Assembly (NCBI GenBank): GCA_964057225.1
Contig: OZ059896.1
Coordinates: 13,330,001-13,394,000 of the forward strand
DNA length: 64,000 nucleotides
Direction: 5' to 3'
Source of the DNA: Auanema rhodensis
Lineage: Eukaryota; Animalia; Nematoda
Shown: piece after piece, positions 1 through 14,082 of the stretch
Layout of the letters: each line of letters begins with the position of its first letter
How positions within the stretch are numbered: position 1 is the first letter of the stretch
Made by a program: the position numbers and the translations under genes
The notes under the pieces: generated by a model
What the model was told of the DNA's origin: nothing
What the model saw: the letters and a program-made list of their open reading frames with translations, nothing else
Database searches by the model: none

Positions 1-1530
1 TTCTCTCATTTTAACAAAGTTCATAAAATCATACGGCTTTTTGATCACATTGATTATGACAATACTGACCTTCACCTTTTCAGTTTTCTAATCATACTTC
101 GAGCTTCTACACAAAGAAAACGGATAAGTATGTAAACGAAACTGAGAAGTATCAATAAGTTCAAGATTTTCTGATTAAATATATACGATTTACTCAATAT
201 ATACATACATATATACATATATGCATAAGTACATATACATATCTGTACATCAAAAAACACTTTCTTGAATAATATTTTAAAAAATATGAAAACTATCAAA
301 CAATACAAAAAATATTTGGGAAAAAACATATGCTAGAAACTTAGAAAAGTTGAAAACCATTAAAAGTCTTCTTATTTTTTTAAAATTGAATATGTGAAGT
401 AATGAGAATATTCGAACAAGACAATTTTTGGTTGTAATAATTGTAATCATTATTGTTACGATTAGGTAAGAGAAGTGGGTGTATCAAAAGCGAAATTTGG
501 GAACTTGTCTCGTCTTCTTGGCATTCTAAAGGAGAAGTGTTAAAACCTGTCATATAATTTACTTTTACCTTAGAAATTCAAACAAAAACTGTGAAATGGT
601 TCGAAAACTGATTAGGGTTCCATAGAAATATACAGTATTAAAACAATTAATAAAACTTCTTAAATAACATAATAGTATTGTAGACATAATAAACATAATA
701 AAATAATAAAAGTTAGTTAAATACATAAACGAGGACAAAAAGTTCAAATTTTCATATCTGGCATTGAACATTGTTCAATTATTTGTAAAAAAATCAAGAG
801 GACACTGTACACTTAGTCTATGACGTCAATACACTAGCTAAATTTCAAAACTTTTACATCAAAAAGAAAGTCATATGGTTGATTTAACTAATTTTTTGTT
901 TTTTTCCTATATAAAAATTGTAAATAGCTAAGGGACATTTCGATAAAGAAATTATGAAAATGATTGAATGAAATGAAAATCTGGATCAAGCAACAACAGA
1001 TGTCAACATATTCGAGAGGTGTCAATAATGAAATAATAATCGGAACTGTCAAATAAGAAGATTTTATTGAATAGTTGATATCATAGTTCTAACAAAATCT
1101 TAACTGCAATCATTTTTTCCGAATTCCAACTTACGGTACACAGAATTTTGAATATGAGAATTCATGATAAATAGTTATAGAATGGAATATTTATGTTTTT
1201 TTCGAGTACAAAGTGTCAAAACAGTAAAATGATATCACGAATACTATAAGTTCCAAACATGATTGAGATCAGAACAAAAAATTATTTCAAACTACTATTG
1301 ATAACTCTATGTAGCGATCCTCTTTACGTCTATACCTAACGGGAAGATATCATTATTCTTAACTGCGATCAAAATGTTCATTTTCCCATCGTCCAAAATA
1401 GAAAAATGAAAAAATTAATCTCTTGTTCGCTCTATCATTTCTCTTTCATAGTTCATTATGCAGGTTCATTCATGTAACAACATTGTATTTCAACTAAACT
1501 TTACAAAAAATAACAATTTGAAGAATAAAA

Positions 1531-2723
1531 CTATGATGTTTCAACGATTTCAGCTTTTTCTTCTTCGTCTTCTTTTTCTCTATTTTCTGCTGCTTCATCC
1601 TCATTTTCAGCAGAATCAGCTCCTTCTATGGTTAAATCTTGCTTTTTTTCAAGTCCTTTCCGTTGAGGGATAACTTTGAAGAATGATTCTTCCCAATTTT
1701 TGGATATAGTGAATTGTAACAAGATTTCAAACACATGATTAATAGTCAACACCTGAAATTCATGTGTACAACAAATTGTTTTTAAAACTTTAATAACCTT
1801 TCGTGTTTTAAGGGATACATATTCATCTATTGGCAATCGGGCATGTGCAAAATTGTTTCTTTGAGCTAATTCATAACAAAGTCCTTTCTGGCTATTATGA
1901 TCAACAATTCCTCCAATAACATAAACTTTCGAATCATCAAGTTCAGATAAAACCTTTGAAATTTCTTTATATATTATTATTATAAAACTCTTACATTCTC
2001 AGAATCTGCAGTTAGATATACTATATCATTAGGATCAAACACTTTACTGAGTGGTAACTCCTCTATGTATACGTCTTGATTAGCATTACCTTTCACTGAA
2101 TCATATATCTAAAAATAACCTAATTGTCGTCTATCTACAATTTTTTTTCCAACCTGTCGGCTGGCACCATTAAAATTAACAACATGGTATAGAAGTGGGT
2201 TTATTACTCTTCGATTTGCTGCATAACACCAGCCAAGTTGCTGGACAGTGGCTCGTTGATCTTTTTGAGACATCAGGTCATCGTAGGCCATATCAACAGC
2301 AACTCTTATCTAACTCGAACAAGATATAGAAGAAATAAATGATAATCCATACTTTGCATGCTGAGTCTTTCATTAAAGTTGCTTTAGCTCTCGTTAAAGT
2401 GTGCCCTTGGCCAGATTCTTTGATTTCCTGTCGTTTCTTTCTTCTTTTCTCTTTCTCTTCTTGCCTTTTAAACTTTCGTTTCATTAAATACCTAGAACAA
2501 TAAGGAAAGATTGACGGGTTTGAAATGGTTACTTTTCACGGGCAGCAATTTTCTTTTGTTGATTTTTAGACAGCACAGTATTGTTGTCATGTTCATTAGG
2601 TACTTCCTCCGATACTGATCGATCACATTCTACAATTCTTTCAAAAGATTAGACGATAATACCCTCCTTACCCGAAGAAGTACTACCATTGTCTTTAATT
2701 GGGATTAAGTTGAGCTCTTCCAT
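1531..2723 (-). CDS. trmt-10A: tRNA (guanine-N1/m1G9) methyltransferase, TRMT10A/Trm10 homolog (spliced)
   Basis: Spliced ORF from ATG at 2723 (MEELNLIPIK) to TAG at 1531. Basic KRKFKRQEEKEKRRKKR N-terminal region. SPOUT Trm10 motifs YDDLMSQKD..VQQLGWCYAANRR, VYLTADSEN, VYVIGGIVDHN and ARLPIDEY..RKVLTINHVFEILL. Acidic C-terminal tail. Confidence 0.9.
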
Positions 2724-3045
2724 CTATACATAGACACTCAATACAAACTATGAGACAAAAAATAAATATTTCTATAGTCAATTACACGTTTTATATATTA
2801 ATTTATAGAAAAAACAAGGCAACGACATTTATTATGTGTTAACAATATACTATTGAAATGAATTCTTCATTTTCATTTTATATCTTTCGAAGAAAAATGC
2901 AAATTAGAAGTTGCCTAGCTATTTTGAAATATACATTCAGACATAAACCCGCATATCCAAATCATTCCTACATTAAGTAAAACTAATGTACTATTAAAGA
3001 ACACCGGATTATTCGTCCAATCTTGAGATTCACTCACTGTGACAA

Positions 3046-5574
<2,529 letters not shown>

Positions 5575-5730
5575 CTAAAACATCAATGTACATTTAAAGC
5601 AATGAAGCGAAATCAAAAAAGATATGTAATAGGATTCAACCATAATAAAAAAATTCCGGGTAATATTTCAGATTGTTAATAACAATAACAGGTAAACAAT
5701 AAAACAACAATTTTAACAACATTCTACACG

Positions 5731-8700
5731 TTATTCTGTTTTTTTTGGAGCATTGGTGTCTTTAGTTCTCAAATTTCGTTGTTCCTTTCTAAGTTCAATT
5801 TCAAAAAGCTCTTCTTGATAAACCTCCCTAAATTAAAATTTTAAATGTTTAATGAAGAAAGTTCTTTACCTGTAGATAGGAATCAATTTGGGAACAAGAT
5901 GCAAATGATCAAAGCGAACCGACAAGTTATCCATGGCAACTGATACATTTCCACACTCATCCAGGTATGATGGTAATTCAGGAACCTGAATTTCATAACT
6001 AAAAAACTAGAATAGTTCTGTACCTTAGGATAACGAGCACTGAAATGAGTTAATATTATATGCTTTGCTTTCATTCGCTTTCCAATATCGACAGCTTGTC
6101 CCATTGTTGAGTGTTTTTTTCGCAGTGCATCAGCCTAGAAACCTATCATTTTCAACAAAAAACAAGCTTAAATAACTTCGTGTCCATCTTCGAATGTGGC
6201 TTCATGAATGAGGATATCAGCATCCATTCCCTCTTCCACGAGAAGATCACAAGGCTTCGTGTCTCCAGAGAACACTACACGTTTTCCATTAGAAGTAAAA
6301 ACGAAACCATTTGCCATTCTAGTATGATGAACCTGTAGTTTCAGAATCTTACTACACTGATAATTCAAGAGGATTTACATGTACAGCCTTACATTCCTCT
6401 ATAGCCCAAGACTTCTCTTCGAACAAAGGTCGAGGCATTTCAGGAATCACATCGCGGGTAGCAGAAAATACAGGAGAAGGTAATCGTCTCTTCTTGTTAG
6501 CAGGGCCATTAGGACTACAAGAAGTGATGAGCTCAAAAAAAAGCGTAATATTTACCTTAAAGGAGGAGTTACAGGGTGTCTTGACATATCTACAATATGA
6601 AGGAGGTCCTCCAAATTTTCGAAACACATGGAATATGTTTTCAAAGGCTTAAGAACATTTCTAGTTGTAACCAATACCAAAGGCTTATAAGGTAAACCTA
6701 TAAGTTATTGATAAGGAAATAAAAATAGAGTACACACCTTTTTCTACGAAAGCTTCTTCTCGTCTTTTTATGATTGTATATAGTCCGTTCATATGATCTT
6801 GATGAGCATGTGTAATAAACACAGCTTTCAAATTCAAAAGGATCTTGAAATAATACAATAAAAATAAAATTTGATTGACTTGCCTTTTGAGTTTTGAGAT
6901 CACCCATTAAAACTTTAATTTGTCCATATGTACCTTCTCCGGTATCTACTAAAATAGCCGATTCATCAGAAGTTTCCATGAGGTAGCCAGTAACGTTCCT
7001 ATACTTCGATGGAACAGCAGACGATGTTCCCAAAAATGACAACTTTGGAAACTCTCGAACATCTTCTACTTTTTTTTCTTCTAAACAACAATATACATAA
7101 GAAAAGACTAATATTCTAAGAAAATAGTAACCTTCTCGCAATGCCACAATAAGATTTTTCGCTTTTTCCGATATCTCTATGTTTGAATCTCTTAGATCAA
7201 TCATAATTGGCTCATCATTTCCTGTTATATTCAGATAGATGATATTAAGATCCTATTCATACCTCCTTTGCGCATGTAGAAGCGTTGGAGAGGAGCAACA
7301 TAAAGCATTCGACCTTCTTTTCTTTGTAATTCATTTGACTGAGTTATAATACCCGACCATGTAGGATGTAAAGGAGGGAAAACCGACGGGCACAGCGAAT
7401 TCAATAATCTATGATTCCTGCAAACACATGAATATGAGTACAATCTGTTCATTCATTGTTTCAATCATACCTAAATATACTTTCTATACCTGGTACTAAA
7501 GGAGATTTTTCATTAACTACTATATGCTCGCATGTTGTCCCAAGTGAATCAACTAATTTTTGATACTGTGATAAATCCAAAACGTCTTGAGGAGACAAGT
7601 GCACCATATATTGCAAGTTTCCACTATTTATCAGATCCTATAACAGAAATTGAGAATCAAAAAATGAGCACTGATAACAAACCTGTACGACTGAATGACT
7701 TAAAAGCATTTCAATATCGGCTTCGTTTGTACATTCAGCAATAAGAAAAGTTGATTTATCATTCTAAAACTTGAAAGTCATGGCAACATCAAACATACAA
7801 AAAATTACATTACTAATAGAATCAATATAAACTTCCTCAGGTTTGACAACTCTTCCGTCTGGCAAAGTTACTGTTTCACCATTTTTCAATTTTCCAATTA
7901 AGGGACCTTTAGGGATCTAAAGATTTATAAAAACTTGAATTAATATAAAAACAAACAAACTTGTTTAGCAATTAGTTTTAGAGCATCAATACGTCGAGCT
8001 GGCGCTTTCAACTCCAAATAGTACGCAACATTAACTTTCTATATAAAATATTAAAAAGAAGTGTGAACAAAACAAGAATTACCATAGATTTATCATCTGA
8101 CACTAGAGGTAAATATGTTACTTTTACTCCAGCATCCTCGTAAAATCCCATTGTATACGGACGTTCATCAACCTGTTTTTGTTATTTTTAAAATGAATAT
8201 AATGAATATATCTTATACCTGTGAAGGATACTTGGTTGTACCATAATCAGCATCACTAAATGGTCGTATACATTCCAAGAAATGCTTTACGTTCATTGCT
8301 CCATGTATGCGAGATGGTAAAGCGTTTGTCTCTTTGGAAAGTAATATCGATGAAATACCAGATATATTATCCCAACTAGCTTAAAAATAAAAAAAACGTT
8401 TTTAGTAACACTTGGTTATTATAATAACCTTTAGTAATAAAAATATCGTTAACATTTGAAGACTTCATTCGAAGCTGAGGCAAAAATCTAGAAGCTCCTT
8501 CAGGACAATTAAACATGTACGTTTTAAGTGGAGTTCTTATAGTAACACATGGCCTCATTTGAGTAGCACCATTTTCTAGAATCTGAAGTAATATACATGC
8601 ATATTTGTTTTATAGAGAAAAGTGAGCAAAACACAATTCTACAGACGATATTATGATATTTGTTAAACTAACTTCAATAGTGGCAAAAGCTGGAACGTTA

Positions 8701-9050
8701 GCTATTGAATTCGCGCATGGTTGTACAAGCTTTTGCTGGGCACTTTGCATGGCTAATTTCAAATTATTATTATTTGAAATAACACCCCTAGATCTTAAAA
8801 CAAAGAGAATGAAGTAACAACTTAAAAATTCGTACTTGATATGAGAAAATGGTCTCTGCTTTAATTTTTTCTTATTGTCTTCTATTTGCTTTTTAATGTT
8901 GTCCAAAAATTCAAGTTGATTTTTTCCAAGAAAAAGTGATGTGTAGATTTTTCTCGTCCTAAAATCCAAAAAATCGAATCAGCACTCGCAACTTGAAACC
9001 TACTGATAACAGATCTCCGTGCTTTTAATTAAACTATCTAATTTGATCAT
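5731..9050 (-). CDS. hoe-1: tRNase Z / ELAC2 (long-form RNase Z)
   Basis: Motifs IRTPLKTYMFNCPEG, FLGTSSAVPSKYRNV, LVDTGEGTYGQ, metallo-beta-lactamase HAHQDH, VVFSGDTKPC, LIHEATF and ILTHFSARYPK. Exon 1 from ATG 9050 splices in frame (CA|gtaggt..ttttag|G). Stop TAA at 5731. Confidence 0.93.
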
Positions 9051-9331
9051 AAACTCAAAACTAAATTAATATGAAAAATCGCTGAGAGAATTGGTAATGT
9101 ATCTGGTGTGAAACCTATTAGGTGTGAACTACACAATCAAAGATAGAACTTCATCAACAAACACAACTATATTTAAAAAGTATTGGAATACACATCGGTA
9201 ACTAGTGAGGATCTACGACTAACAATCATACTAACATGCAGGATAATTATAACAAACACAAAAGTGTAGAGTTTAAAACATCTGTAACAACTAACTGACT
9301 TTTGAAAATCAGTTTTTTAAAGAATAAATCA

Positions 9332-10100
9332 CTAAGACATGTTAGGAAGCGATGAAGGGAGACCAAATGGTATTGTAGAATCTGGGGTAATTCCTGGTTC
9401 AGATAATTTGGCGGGTGGCAAATTTCTAGGATCATCTAATACCTCCGGCTGAAATACAAATTGTTATCACAATATCGGCACATAACTTACAGGTGGTGCG
9501 GTTGGATCCACGATAGCTCCCATCCATTTAGTAGTGAGAACTCCAACACCTTCTATCATTGCGAGAATTACACTACCCAAGATAGCTGATCCGGCCATTA
9601 CCTATTTTGAAAAATAACAGTAGTAAGAAAAATTTTTTTACCTTGGGTCCCGATCTAATAGCGAGAAGAGCTCCGGTAAGTCCACCAGAAACAATAGAGT
9701 TAAGAGGATCTTCCTAAACCAAAAAATAACTAAGCTAAATAAATAAAGACACTTTACCTTCTTCCTGATTGCCACTAGACAACAGTCAATTGTACTAAAC
9801 ATTCCTCCCCAAGCAGCAAATTGAACACCAGTAAGTGTGCTTCTCATTTTGACTTCATGAAGCATGCCAAACTAATTTAATAATTGTTTAAACTAAATAA
9901 ATTTTAAAATTATATACTAATTTTCGTCCCTTTGCAGCATTTTTATAACCAGAAAATGAATGGAAAATAGATCCACCTACAAGACCCATAGCAAAAGCTG
10001 ATCCTGTGTCATCGAAGATTCGATAAGGGCTGAAATAGATCAAAATAAGTTTGAAATTTCTACAAATTACAAACCATGGCTCTCTAGTATACTCTTCCAT
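9332..10100 (-). CDS. timm-17: Mitochondrial inner-membrane translocase subunit Tim17
   Basis: [92 protein letters not shown]. Stop TAG at 9332. Confidence 0.95.
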
Positions 10101-12185
10101 ATTTACTAAGTGCTTCCACTCACAGTCTTAGAAGTTGGCCAAGTTGTCTAAAAATGTTTCATCATCATTAAATAAAAATGATAATTTCAAACACAAAAGT
10201 GTAAAAACAAAAAGTGGCATACACATTTTACAATTCAAAAGATTTACTATAATCTCAAAAAATTCAATGAGAATATCAGTAATTTCTGAATTATATTATT
10301 ATGCAGATTAAGCCTGTGGTACTGGATAATGCAAAAGCACAGGGTATACGCCAGGACAAACCACGAGGAAAACGTCAAGGGGTCGTTGACGTTTGTACAA
10401 TACTTTCATTTGAAAAGAGTAATTACAGAGATCGGTTGCACAGTTTGAGGGAATGATTAATGGTAACTCGTATTGGTTTACTTTACATATGTTCACTTTC
10501 TAGTACCAAATTCATCTTAAATCTTTTCATTTCTTCTAATAGCAGAGATACATTTTTTCTTAATTTTAAAAATACAATAAGTTTCAAATTTACTTAATAG
10601 ATGAGAGATATTCAGCATTTTGATTTTAGTTATGCTAAGTGTTAGGCTATATGGTAACATTTTCTAAAAACTCAGAATTTTACATTCGGCTGAAATTGAC
10701 AGTTGGCGCGTTCTTTGTCTATTCGCTGCTGCCAGATAATGATAAACTTGCTTGAATAGATTACCTAGTTCAAACACGAAGACGCGACTTTTCGAGTGCG
10801 CAATGTGTGCCTGGCAGGATTGTTTGATGTGGTTGTTGCATATGTTGTATAGTTGCAAATCCTTCATAATAAATAAATGACGGTGTTCCCTAATTGATAC
10901 GCTTAGTTGGTTATATATTTACTATGAAATAATACGCTTCAAAACAAACTTGGAACAGTACCCAATAAATAGCATTTAGCCGACCTAAGAAAGATTTTTT
11001 TCAATAATTCGAAGGAAATAGTAGACTGCTATAAAGTGAAAAATGATTGGCAAATCGGTCGTGCATTAACTACGTTGAGGCGTGAGCTCTCACTTGCTTC
11101 TCAAATATCCGTCGCCAGAAGCCGAAAACTCAACCTTTGGCTAAATAGAAACAAGAAGGTTCTAGTGTAAATTTTCAAAATTGATTACATATTATAGAAA
11201 TAAAACGATTTCACTTTTTTTTAAAATTACATTGTTGATCATTTACATTATCAATTTTGAAACATTTAGTGATATTGAAATATTTCAAGAAAACGAAATA
11301 TATATCTTAAAAGAAAGATCAAATATCTTGAATGTCAATTCATATAGCAAAGCATAGTTCTATATTAAAAGGCAATCTTGATGTACTACTTTTGAAAATT
11401 TACATGATTCACTGTCATTTTTACACCATTTCTATTATTAATGTTAGTGAAGCCACAACATTTTGATTTTTTGCTGCTCTTTTTATACTTCTAATTACCA
11501 AGTAAGTGTTTCAACACAAGAATAAAACTTTTTTTTTGTTCCATTTTTGTTTCAAATGAGGATGTATGACGCCAGATTGTCCAGAATCTTAAGAGTACAT
11601 CTTCCCAAGTGTTAATTAAAGGATTTCCATGAATCCAGATTTATTTTAAACCTTGTTACTTTCTATGTTCATCTATTCTACTTGCAAACAACATTGGGAA
11701 TTCGAACGAAATTAGTTGGCTAATTATCAAGCAATATCATTCTCTTACTCTCCCCTCCCTCCCTCACATAGATAGGTTAAACTTTAAATGTGCAAAGCTT
11801 CACATAGTTCTTTCTCATAGTTATTTTCATATAGATGCTAATGCGTCGAAGATTTTCCAATATTGTTATCGTTTTTGTTTGTTAGACCTCTAGCTTAGAT
11901 AGTATATATGTTATATATTACATAGTATATACCTTTATACATACGTATAGTATACTCTGCATATAAATATTAAACAAAACTATCATTATGCATTAAAAAT
12001 ATATTTGAATAATTTATATAAAATGATATTTTGAAAGAAAAAATAAGAAATAATTATGACCAAAATTATTAAAGCATTTGATTGGCACATTTAGGATGTG
12101 CCAAGATATAAGCTTTATGGAAATAAGAGTGAAACTATTTCCTTTTCTTACTTCATTCTTATTCATTATTAAAAGAGAACAAGCT

Positions 12186-12209
12186 ATCATCATCATCATC
12201 ATCATCATC
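12186..12209. repeat. (ATC)8 microsatellite
   Basis: Read directly from the sequence. It explains the poly-Met stretch in spurious ORF 12014..12250. Confidence 0.9.
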
Positions 12210-13920
12210 TTTTTCTTTTTTCTATGAGATATAAGATAACTATTAAACAAGAAAACCTTTAATTTGATTTACTGATATGTACATATTTGAGAATAATTAT
12301 GATTTTCGTTGATCGTTCTCATAAAATGCTCTTATATGTATCTTAATCTTTTTTCATATACATATATATATATATATATATACTATTGTCTATTATTGAA
12401 TTTAAGTTATTTTTTCCTACTCTATTTATAAATACATGTGCAAATGTATTTATAAATCTTCACTGTGTGTGATAAGCTAAGCTGCAGTTGATAGATTTGT
12501 ACTCTTGTCTCCAGGCTCTTGTTAAGCCTTTCAGATGAAATTCAATGTTAAGAGAATTACAGAGCAATTGTCGTCTATAGAAAATCCTCATGATAGCTAT
12601 AGAAGAATGCAAGAAACATTCTTCTTTTCTAAATATCGCTTTAATCAATTTCTAGAACATCTTCCATGCGGCTCAATAGACCTTATTCCGGGTCGTCGGA
12701 ACTGATCCAGTAATTTGTAGCCTTTGCTTGATTTAAAAAGCACAAACATCTCCGTTTTAAGTTTTCTGAATCTGCTTTTCATACTGCAATTTTCCATTTT
12801 TAATTCTTTTATACAAGACAAGTTGTATATTTTGAAACATTTCCTACATGCAACTTAGTTTTTACCAGCTCTCACAATCCAAAATAAGTTCAACTAACTT
12901 TCAGTACTTCCTTAATTACTAAGCAAGTTCATTATCAGTAATCTCATTTATCATTTTGTTCATTCACGTAATATTTCATTCGTTTTGAATCTTCTTGCTG
13001 GCTTGGTCTCTCCTGTTAACTAGGAAAAGAATGCTTGTGGCAGATGAGCAGATTCTGCTTCAGAAGCCGGACGGATAGATTGACACCAATGCTTTTAAGA
13101 CGTAAGACGAAATACGATAGTATGATATGTCCAAAAAAGAAAAATAGAAAACATTATGTTTTTTACATGACATTCATGAGGTTGTTATGCACGAACTTTA
13201 CCAAATTATCAGGTTTTCATAGTTTGATTGACATTGATCATTCTTCGCACATGTAGAGTCAATATTTTCAAAAGCTACAGCTTTTTTCACGTCTTTTTTT
13301 GCTTTCTAATGATGAAAGAAGAAGAAGCTTTTCAGTGCCAATTAAAAATGTTTAATTTTCAGTGTATAAGCTGCAACTTCTCTATTATATAGTTTCATTT
13401 TTTAAATTTTAAATTACATATACAGATGTATATATTTAATTTATATTATATGTTTATAATAATATTAAAATTGTCTGTTATATTATACATATAGTTAAGT
13501 AAGTTAAGTTAAAAAATATATATAAATGTATATATACATACACATATAGTTAGAGTCTTTAGTCAATGTTTGGCAATTTGTTTAATGCATTTTTCATAAT
13601 CGTTCTTTTACGGGTAAAAATTGTTTTCAAAACTATTTGGAACTAATGGCAGCCTGTTTGTAAACTTTTCTAAAATTCCAAACTGAAATTCAACTAGTTA
13701 TAATGAATAAGTTTTTTTGTTTTTCTGGATTTTAAAGAAAATAAGTTAAATAAATAAACTAAAAATGAAGATTTTATTAGTTTCGTTATGATATAGTTTG
13801 CTGAACTTAAAGCAATGGTCATTTCCTATTATTGACTTTTGAGCTGAACACAAGAAAATAATTTTTTAAAATATATTCTCTTATGAAGCATTTTTCAATA
13901 AAATTTTTAATTTTACTATG

Positions 13921-13949
13921 CTCTCTCTCTACCTATCTCCCTCTCTCTT

Positions 13950-13983
<34 letters not shown>

Positions 13984-14021
13984 CATATGTATATATGTAT
14001 ATCTTTCTCTCTATATATCTT

Positions 14022-14075
<54 letters not shown>

Positions 14076-14082
14076 CTATCTC
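13921..14082. repeat. Compound (CT)n/(TA)n microsatellite
   Basis: CT runs at about 13921-13966 and 14023-14071 flank a TA-rich core. This is the source of the SLSL/ERER ORFs. Confidence 0.9.

Noticed and set aside
72-600. Possible minus-strand exons (MIRKLK|gtgaag near 95-76; block 546-460) of a gene leaving the window
   Set aside because: No recognisable product or consistent frame, and it cannot be resolved at the window edge.
10309-10315. TAAGCCT as a telomerase RNA template next to a structured block
   Set aside because: Only 7 nt, which is expected by chance. The block is about 100 nt and lacks convincing telomerase RNA architecture.
10844-10854. GTTGTATAGTT, identical to the 3' half of let-7
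   Set aside because: No seed half and no pre-miRNA hairpin.
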